A stretch of 62,750 bases of DNA, filler included, from Nemertoderma westbladi (taxonomy: Eukaryota; Animalia; Xenacoelomorpha): assembly GCA_032718475.1 (NCBI GenBank). It is 3 parts of 3 records of this genome, joined end to end, with 100 filler letters (N's around TTAATTAATTAA, not from the genome) between each part and the next. Parts side by side here need not be neighbours in the genome. Positions count along the whole stretch, not along the records: positions 1 to 27,799 come from JAUCBJ010001024.1; positions 27,900 to 58,114 come from JAUCBJ010006089.1; 1 more part is not named here. The stretch is one strand, 5' to 3'. Position 1 is the first letter of the stretch. The number at the start of each line of letters is the position of its first letter. The position numbers and the translations under genes are program-made. Under the pieces are notes generated by a model. It saw nothing but the letters and a program-made list of their open reading frames with translations. It did not search any database and was not told the origin of the DNA. Positions 25,141-33,759 of the stretch are shown here, one piece after another.

Positions 25141-25769
25141 TAAATATGGTCTTGGGATCAGTATATTCAATAATATAGCAGTTAATAGCAGTGAACAATT
25201 ATTTAATTAATGTGAGTCATAGACGAGAAACTGTACAATTTACCTGGACTTAAAATTCATTTAAACTCAGTTTTGGGATTGGCTGAATATTTAGATTTGG
25301 TTTTTATATTTATTTATAAATTTTATTTATTTTTACTTATTGTTTTAGATTTCTTCGAGATTATCTGCATTCACACAAATTATTGTTGGAACTGAGAAAT
25401 CTAAACCAACGTTAAGAGAATTATTTGCTTTAATCCCGGTTCTAGAGTTTATGCTGGACCCGAACTACGTTGACAATTCTCTACTTAGCGGAAACGCAAA
25501 GTTTATGATTGTGCAGGCTGGTGAGTTAAACTCTATGATCAGATGCTTGCTTAGGTTATTTTATTTACTGTACCCTTACAATTGTCGATGAAAGGTTACT
25601 CTCAGCTAATTAGTTAGTTAGGCCTAAAGTATAAGTTCCGTCAGACGGACTGTCGTCAATATGTTACTCAGATATCGCATATTAAACCCGATTCACAATT
25701 TGGTACTGGTAAGGATTAAGCTACCATAATATGCATTCATTATTCCTTCTGCAGGCGTGTCCTCTGAAC

Positions 25770-25977
25770 TGTCAAGTACAATGCACACATCTCCAACCAG
25801 ACACTATATAACATTGGAGGTGTCTCATTGGTTCCCCCAAGCTTGACACTAAAACAAAGTCACCTCCGCTTTGCAGGACATTGCTTTCGCCGTGAGGACC
25901 AGCCAGGGCATAATTTTGTACTTTGGCAGCCCCATGGAGTGAATAAGCATGGTGGTCAGCCCATGACTTTCTTGAGG
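25770..25977 (+). pseudogene. Third copy of the RTE RT C-terminal fragment
   Basis: Reverse complement of about 4822-5030 (VPPSLTL...FAGHCFRREDQP). Confidence 0.85.
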
Positions 25978-26085
25978 GGTCAGAGTAAAACGCGGATCCG
26001 GATTAGGATCCGGATTCTATCATTTAACATTGTCTCTATGGAAGTCGACTGAATTTACATTTTTCGGGTGTAATCTGCGGATTAC

Positions 26086-27670
26086 TGTGTAAAACGCGGA
26101 TTCAAGTTAATCACCAAGTTTTATTGGATCCGGGAAGGGGTGTAAAACGTGGATTTAATTTATTTACTAAGTTTTATTGGATTCGGGAAGGGGTGTAAAA
26201 CGCGGATTTCAAGTTAATTACCAAGTGTTACCGGATCCGGGAAGGGGTGTAAAACGTGGATTCAAGTTAATTAACAAGTGTTACTGGATCCGGGAAGGGG
26301 TGTAAAAAGCGGATTCAATTTATTTACTAAGTGTTACTGGATCCGGGAAGGGGTGTAAAACGCGAATTCAAGTTAATTACCAAGTGTTACCGGATCCGGG
26401 AAGGGGTGTAAAACGTGGATTCAAGTTAATTACCAAGTGTTACTGGATCCGGGAAGGGGTGTAAAAAGCGGATTCATATATTTTGTGAATCCGGGATGGA
26501 GTGTAAAACACGGATTTACGTTAATTACCAAGTTTTATTGGATCCGGGAAGGGGTGTATAACGCGGATTCATGTTAATTACCAAGTGTTACTGGATCCGG
26601 GAAGGGGTGTAAACGCGGATTCATGTTAATTACCAAGTGTTACTGGATCCGGGAAGGGGTGTAAAACGCGGATTCATGTTAATTACCAAGTGTTACTGGA
26701 TCCGGGAAGGGGTGTAAAACGCGGATTCATGTTAATTACCAAGTGTTACTGGATCCGGGAATGGGTGTAAAACGCGGATTCAATTTATTTACAAAGTGTT
26801 ATTGGATCCTGGAAGGGGTGTAACAACTCGGATTCAAGTTAATTACCGAGTTTATTGGATCCGGGAAGGGGTGTAAAACTCGGATTCAATTTATTTACAA
26901 GTGTTATTGGATCCTGGAAGGGGTGTAAAACTCGGATTCTAGTTAATTACCCAATGTATTGGATCCGGGAAGGGGTGTAAAACGAGCATTCAAGTTAATT
27001 ACTAAGTTTTATTGGATCGGGGAAGGGGTGTAAAACGCGGATTCTAGTTAATTACCAAGTTTTATTGGATCCGGGGAAGGGGTGTAAACTCGGATTCAAT
27101 TTATTTACAAGTGTTATTGGATCCTGGAAGGGGTGTAAAACTCGGATTCTAGTTAATTACCAATTGTATTGGATCCGGGAAGGGGTGTAAACGAGAATTC
27201 ATGTTCATTACTAAGTTTATATGGATCCGGGGAAGGGGTGTAAAACGCGGATTCAAGTTAATTACCGAGTATATTGGATCGGGAAGGGGTGTAAACTCGG
27301 ATTCAATTTATTACAACGTGTTATTGGATCCTGGAAGGGGTGTAAACACGCGGATTCAAGTAATCAACCAAATTGTATAGGATCCGGGACGGGGTGTAAC
27401 ACTCGGATTCCATATATTACAAATTCGTTATTGGATCCTGGAAGGGGTGTAAACCTCGATTCAAGTTAATTACCGAGTATAATTGGATCGGGAAGGGGTG
27501 TAAAACCTCGGATTCAATATACTTTACACAGTGTTACTTGGATCCTGGAAGGGTTGTAAAACGCGGATTCAAGTTACATTACCACAAATGTATTGGATCC
27601 GGAACAGGGGTGTAACCTACGGAAAACCAGTACATACCCACCATGTACTTGTGAACCGGGAAGGGTGTTA
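26086..27670 (+). repeat. About 53-bp tandem array
   Basis: About 30 units of GGATCCGGGAAGGGGTGTAAAACGCGGATTCAAGTTAATTACCAAGTGTTACT, degrading toward the contig end. Confidence 0.95.
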
Positions 27671-27799
27671 ATAACAGAAGATACATAAGAGAAAATAACA
27701 ATGAACAGTTTAGACTTGACAATTACATACACATCGCACATACAATACCAAACCCACCATTACACCACACCACACCCATATTAAACAACAACACCACCA

Positions 27800-27899
27800 N
27801 NNNNNNNNNNNNNNNNNNNNNNNNNNNNNNNNNNNNNNNNNNNTTAATTAATTAANNNNNNNNNNNNNNNNNNNNNNNNNNNNNNNNNNNNNNNNNNNN
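27800..27899. other. Artificial assembly spacer
   Basis: 100 nt of N with a central TTAATTAATTAA (stops in all six frames). Confidence 0.97.
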
Positions 27900-28639
27900 A
27901 ATGTTCTTTTCAGCAAAGCAGATGGTAGAGATTGGGAAATTTGTGAAATTTACTTTGGTTATACAGTATTAATGTTAATGCACAAGTAGACTGTGCGCTC
28001 TGAATCTTAATGTTGTTCGCCATCTCGTTTTAATGCGAAGATTTTGTTCAAATAGGCCTACGCATTGTTTGGTACTGATTTCCGGCTTCCGGCTACCAAG
28101 GATAGGAATAAGCGTTTCCCCTCAGACATTATTCGGGAACCGAAAAACGGTATTCCGATAAAGCAGTTTTGGGAGAGAAGATAAAATACTAAAGAAGCAA
28201 GAGTTTAACATACGGAATAACTTTATAAATAAATACAGTTTTCCACTTCTGTACGTTTATAGGCTTCTATATCGCTCAAACTGTGTTACTTATTTAGATT
28301 AGTAATTTACACCTGATAAAGAGTTAATTATTCGAATCGCGTTGTGTTGTAATTTTATTTATTATCATGCTTATAAAGTTATTCCTAATAGTAAACATAA
28401 ACATTAATAACATGTTTGTATGACATACTGTATGTGTATATGCTCTTCCAAATACAAACAGTACTAGACATACAGGTTATGCAGATGATGACTGATGGGG
28501 GTTCTGGGTAACTAATGAGCTTATGATGACCAGGGGTGGCGGTGGGGGGGGGGGGGGGGGGGGTCAAAAAATACCCTTTTTGATGACGGTAATACTTGAA
28601 TGACCCCTCAATGGCTTTAAGAAATGAAAATGTACTTTC

Positions 28640-28811
28640 ATTGTGTTATTCTTCATTGTCACGTGATGAAAATGGTCCTACTGACGGACGAGGGTTTAAG
28701 GCAGTGCGTAAGTAGTACTACTACCGTTCACAAAGTCCTGGAATATATAGAGTCGTAATTTTTGTCGTAACTTTTGATTTCGAGTTGGCTTCCATAGAAA
28801 GTTGTCAACAG
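28640..28811 (+). pseudogene. MULE transposase remnant, left of the Bel insertion
   Basis: Removing the LTR element restores VTFDFELASIESCQQ|AFPASKIYGCAFHYTQ, the MULE DFE...FP...GCxFH motif. Confidence 0.8.
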
Positions 28812-29371
28812 TGTGACGGGATCCAGAGAGGATCCCGGTTTATCCGGTTTTCGATTCACGCGTCGCGTCCCCGCCGTGTGTGTGTAAAAGGTAAAGAGTT
28901 ATTGTTCGCTGTATAAAGTTCTCAGGTATAATAGTATAGTTGCATAAGTTCAATAGATAATGGTATAAATGAGGTAACTGGAATATACAATGATGAAGTC
29001 TCAGATACGGTAGGTACGACGACGGTAATTGAAGTACCGGTTCTACCCTAGCTAAACCGACCAACACAATGAGATAACTGAGATAACTGATTACTGTAAA
29101 CTGGTTATATTGCACGGGTTGGCCTTGTTACTGTACCTAGCCGGTGCCTCCCTCCCATTGGCTAATGTCCCTGTTGGCGCCCTTTGGAGTGTTTCCCTTC
29201 ACTCCTAGCTATTCTCTCTCGGTCAGGGGTGTGGCCCCTGACCCTTATTGTGTGTTTCTCCTTCCCATTTTATTGGGGTGGCACGAGATTGGGTAATCAA
29301 CCTCGTGGCCCCCAATATTGCTTAACGGCTTACTTTATGGGTTTGTGTTAGCGGAATTGAATAAGCTAACA
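28812..29371 (-). repeat. 3' LTR (560 bp)
   Basis: Direct repeat of 40006-40523. Abuts the PPT (CTCCCCCCC on +). Confidence 0.95.
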
Positions 29372-30073
29372 CTCCCCCCCATGCTATCTTCCCGGTGAGA
29401 AGATAGCATCCACCTAAAGTGCGCTACAATTCCGCTGGATCCCGATCTATTATCGGGTGTGGGGTGGAACTATTTTTCAGAGCCGGTTTTCCAGACCGCC
29501 CCCTATGGGTATGATATCGCTACCCGGTTTGCCTGGCGTCCCATGTCGGGCCGATCGTGCGCTCCTCTCACACGATTTTTGTTTCCCCAACACTTTGCCA
29601 CTTTAACTCCACTCTGTTCTCACCCTGACTCTCCTCTACTTCTCCTCACTACCGCTCTAACTCTCGGACTTCCCTGTCCCTCACTCAGCCTCTTATTCCT
29701 CCCACACACTTGAATTGCATTCGCACTCTCTCCGCACTCCGCACTATCACCTTTACTCGACCCCTCTTTGACTACCTCATCCCTTCTGACGAATCTCACC
29801 CCCCCTCCTGTGCCGTCGCACTCAAGAAGTGTGAAATCGTCTAGTGTCTCGTCCATAGTACCATAGTCAGTTAGCCCCCCAGTCCCAGTAGCTAATTGAG
29901 AAAGGTTGAATGACTATAGTACTTACTTCGAACGTATATTTCATAACTAAACTACTGATTACTACGTACGTACATACAAATTGCACTTATTTAATTATTT
30001 GCATCATTTTGAATTTGTACTTAATAGTTCGCACGTCTCACGTGGCGCCTTCCAGGCGTACCACATCGGAGTC

Positions 30074-32638
30074 TCAGTTCATCCCCCCTGACTTTGGGAA
30101 CCACCTCAAGTCTTTCCCTTTGCCGTCCTCCTCCCTGGGTCGTTTCCTGGTCACTACCGCTCCTCTGGGATCCGCTTTCTGTCTTCGGACCCTCGCCGCC
30201 ACCTCCTTACTGATCCCGGTCGTTGGCTCCTTGGGTGCTGGTGTTATCAGTGCCCGATATCGCTTCGCGGGTGGCCCCTCCAAGTGGCCCTGTTGTCTCC
30301 CCCTGGTGGCGTCCCATAAGATCATCTTCATTGCCCGCGGCACGTGCTCCGCCAGGAAATCCCTAAACTCCCCTCGGTTCTGTGGCGTCCACCTGTCCAA
30401 ATACCTTTGTGTATTTATCACTCCGGCATACGACGCCGCCGTTGCTACCTCTTGATAGGTAAACGGTAACCTCCGCTTTATGATTTCCAAGTGAGCCTCC
30501 TGATTGATAAGGAAGAAACCCCACTTGAACTCCTGGGCCTTCATGCGCTGGCGCGTCATGGCCCCGACGTCGGCCCACTCCTCGAAGGTTCTGAACTTCT
30601 CTTCGTCGTCCATCCAGTCGCACTGGCGTCCGTAGTGTCCCCGAAAGTTACACTTCGGACATCGGTTATGCAACCGTGGACACGCCCCCATCCTGTGGCT
30701 CGACTCGCGGCAGTAGAGACAAAAGGTCCCCTTTTGGAATCGGTACAAACAGCTCCTTTCCTGGTGGGTCTGTCTCCCACAGTAATCGCAACCGAGTACC
30801 AATGTCTCCCGCCCCACGTCGTCTTTCGTCCCAAGCGATCTCCGCGGTCTGTGGAGTCGCTGGTAGGCGAACTTCTGCACGTTAGTGTCCCTGTCTACGT
30901 CGATCTCCTCGCCCCTCTCGGGCATCGTCTCCCCGAATACTACCCGTGGTGCCGTCCCCGGTTGCTCGCCCAACCTGATAGTGCTCCCCGCGAAATCCAT
31001 CGCCGGCTCCTCGTGCACCCAGGCCCGCTTGCCGGGTCTATCCCAGAAGGCCCTCGCCCCACTGGCCGTCACCACCCTCCCGCCAACCCAGTCCGTGTCC
31101 GAGTGGCCAATCCTCTCGATGGGCGGCATCTCTCCGAACTCGTCGTCGTCTTCGTCCTCCTCTGGCAGTGGCTCCAACCCCGGTATCCCGATGGATCCAC
31201 TATGTCCCTTCCTGCCTTGGCTCTCGCCCGTAGCTCTCCATCCCTCTAGCTCCCTTAACTTCCTTGGCGGTTGGTCGCCTTCGGCGCCCGCTGGTATGGG
31301 CATCGCTTGCAACCCCGACGTCGACTGTTTCGGCGATCCCACCGTCCATCCCAGTTCTCGCCCTAGAGACTCCCCCGAACTCCCTGATGAAGTCCAACGA
31401 AGTTCGTCTAAGCCTGCCTGTTCCTCGAAGCCGTAACTCTGCGTCCTGGCCTCCTCCTCCCTCTCCTCTGCTTCTATCCTCTCCCGTCTCGCGACTTCTT
31501 CCAGTCGCTTTGCCTCTCGTCTATCCGTCTCTAGCTGCTCCCATCTCTGATACGGCGTATCTATCTCCCCGTCTATCAGATGTCGGCTGTTGTAGTACAC
31601 CGACTCGCCCTTCAGCCCCGGGTGGTCTACCAGACCGTCGAAGGCCGTCTTAAAGGCTCTCCTGTAGCTTAGGGGTGATCCCGATAACAGAAATGCCGCT
31701 GGTTCCCTCTCGATAACCACGGTCATGAATAAGTTGAGCAAACTTATCATTATCCAATCTTCCTGCAGGATATATCGCTTCTGATATACCTTTATCGCTC
31801 CTCTGCGGAATTGATACACCTCTTGTCTTCCCGGTCTCGCTCCCCACTTTAGCGAGTTCGCCAACTCTGCTCCGTACTCTTCTCTGAACTTTCCCCAGTC
31901 CGTCGGCTTATGACACACGAGCCCCAATAGCTGGCCCATCGCCACCGCTCCGCACTGGCCTGTGTTCCCCACTACTCCCAACCCGTCCGGTGCTGTCATA
32001 GCCATGAAGACCACCTGCATATCCAGAAGGTTGGGGGTGTCCGGACCGATGATTCTCTCCGCGTCGTCGCGAATCGCCGATCCCACCTTCGTCGTCGACT
32101 TCTCTCTTACCAGAACTTGCACCGCTTTCGGCAACCGGTTTAATTTCGGCCCGTCCTTTTTCCCATACGTTCCTAGATCGAATAAGAAAATGTCCCCATT
32201 TGGCGCGGCCAAATGTAGGAGTATGGTCCTGGCCGACCCCGCTGATCTTCTTCTCGAACCCTCCTCGTCTTCCACGGTTCCCTCGTCGTCTAGGATCATA
32301 TATCCTCCCCTGTTGACGGACTCTATAAACCTCTTCCAATCCTTCTTCGGCGACTCCCTCGGGTACTTCGGAATCCCGAACTTCGCCTCGTCCCCTTTCA
32401 CCACGTAGTGGAAGTGTTGGAAGATCGCGTTGTCCAGCGACGACGTCCCGTAGGTCCCGACCAGCCGCTGTTCGTGCATCTCCCGGAAGTGGTCCTGGAG
32501 CGCGCGTGCCGCGTGACCCTTTTCCAACCTCTCGTAGTATCCTCTCGTCTTCTCTTCCGGATGCCTCTTGGTGAAATCCACCAGTATCTCCTTTCCTCCT
32601 GACTCCGCCTTTCTCTTCCTGATCAGTTTCTCCGCCAT
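30074..32638 (-). CDS. Retrotransposon ORF3: putative DEDDy 3'-5' exonuclease plus three CCHC zinc knuckles (854 aa from the first ATG)
   Basis: Stop-free frame 32683-30074; first ATG at 32638 in GAAATGG context. ExoI-like MILDDEG, LLHLA...IFLFDL, ExoII-like KVGSAIRDD, LLDMQ, ExoIII-like QKRYILQED. Three exact CX2CX4HX4C knuckles at 30790-30620. Confidence 0.8.
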   Translation of the reverse strand: MAEKLIRKRKAESGGKEILVDFTKRHPEEKTRGYYERLEKGHAARALQDHFREMHEQRLVGTYGTSSLDNAIFQHFHYVVKGDEAKFGIPKYPRESPKKDWKRFIESVNRGGYMILDDEGTVEDEEGSRRRSAGSARTILLHLAAPNGDIFLFDLGTYGKKDGPKLNRLPKAVQVLVREKSTTKVGSAIRDDAERIIGPDTPNLLDMQVVFMAMTAPDGLGVVGNTGQCGAVAMGQLLGLVCHKPTDWGKFREEYGAELANSLKWGARPGRQEVYQFRRGAIKVYQKRYILQEDWIMISLLNLFMTVVIEREPAAFLLSGSPLSYRRAFKTAFDGLVDHPGLKGESVYYNSRHLIDGEIDTPYQRWEQLETDRREAKRLEEVARRERIEAEEREEEARTQSYGFEEQAGLDELRWTSSGSSGESLGRELGWTVGSPKQSTSGLQAMPIPAGAEGDQPPRKLRELEGWRATGESQGRKGHSGSIGIPGLEPLPEEDEDDDEFGEMPPIERIGHSDTDWVGGRVVTASGARAFWDRPGKRAWVHEEPAMDFAGSTIRLGEQPGTAPRVVFGETMPERGEEIDVDRDTNVQKFAYQRLHRPRRSLGTKDDVGRETLVLGCDYCGRQTHQERSCLYRFQKGTFCLYCRESSHRMGACPRLHNRCPKCNFRGHYGRQCDWMDDEEKFRTFEEWADVGAMTRQRMKAQEFKWGFFLINQEAHLEIIKRRLPFTYQEVATAASYAGVINTQRYLDRWTPQNRGEFRDFLAEHVPRAMKMILWDATRGRQQGHLEGPPAKRYRALITPAPKEPTTGISKEVAARVRRQKADPRGAVVTRKRPREEDGKGKDLRWFPKSGGMN

Positions 32639-33109
32639 TTCGAACTCCCCCGATCGCTCACCTATAAGGTGGTGCCTTACCAAGGCGCAATATAAGTGCG
32701 TGATGCAGTTAGGATGGTCTGTACGGTCCGATAATGGCCTATTTCCTATCTAACTACGCCTTTTAGCCTGAATTTCTATTACCTAATTTCGTAGCTAACA
32801 AATGTACCCTATTTGCAATTTCTGTCCGTTGCTTTAATTATGTTCCAGAATAATTTCCCTCCTGTTACCATAATTTGTAATTTTTAGCCCTATTTATTCT
32901 ATTTTATTTCTAGTTTAACTTGATTCTACTACTTTACTGTTTATGGATTATTCTATTTCATAATCCACATTCTGACCTACTCTATGGGCCTGTGCAGTAC
33001 AGCAGTATATGTCGCGTGGCCTACACGATTTATCCAACTGTACTCATATGCCCCCCTCTCGCTACTAACTACTGACTAATATCTATACTATATATCCTTC
33101 CACCTCTAT

Positions 33110-33650
33110 CTCTTACTAATCGGTACTACGTACCCTCTTACTAACCTCCAACTAACTAACGGTACTACGTACCCTCTAACTCTTACTCTGACTCCACTAA
33201 CGGTACTACGTACCCTCTTACTACTCTCTAACTAACGGTACTACATACCCTCTAACTCTTACTCTAACTCCACTAACAGTACTACGTACCCTCTTACTAT
33301 TCTCTAACTAACGGTACTACGTACCCTCTAACTCTTACTCTAACTCCACTAACTCTAGGTACTACGTACCTTCTAACTGACTAACTCTAGGTACTACGTA
33401 CCTTCTAACTGACTAACTCTAGGTACTACGTACCTTCTAACTGACTAACTCTAGGTACTACGTACCTTCTAACTAACTCCTAACTAACTAACTAACTCTA
33501 GGTACTACGTACCTTCTAACTGACTAACTCTAGGTACTACGTACCTTCTAACTAACTCCTAACTAACTAACTAACTCTAGGTACTACGTACCTTCTAACT
33601 GACTAACTCTAGGTACTACGTACCTTCTAACTAACTCCTAACTAACTAAC
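33110..33650. repeat. Tandem repeats in the pol-ORF3 spacer
   Basis: About 14 copies of the mini-palindrome GGTAC-TAC-GTACC in CTAA-rich units with a basic 32-bp period. Confidence 0.9.
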
Positions 33651-33759
33651 CCTAATTTTTTTTTTATTTATTTTATTTTATGTGTGGGAAGGGCGTCTCG
33701 CCCTCAATCCCACCCCCTCAGTCCAAACTTGGACGACTAGACTACACTCTAACTCCACC

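Noticed and set aside
26086-27670. CRISPR-like alternation of constant and variable blocks
   Set aside because: The variable parts are homologous variants of one sequence, not unique spacers. The context is eukaryotic and there are no cas genes.
27800-27899. TTAATTAATTAA palindrome within Ns (also 58115-58214)
   Set aside because: Synthetic six-frame-stop contig linker. The CA-rich 27670-27799 looks like low-quality contig end.
29620-29856. 78-aa ORF between ORF3 and the PPT as a fourth gene
   Set aside because: Short, purine-rich and low complexity, with no recognisable motif.
30074-32683. ORF3 as an envelope glycoprotein
   Set aside because: No evident signal peptide, C-terminal transmembrane anchor or Cys-rich ectodomain. 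Exonuclease and CCHC motifs are present instead.
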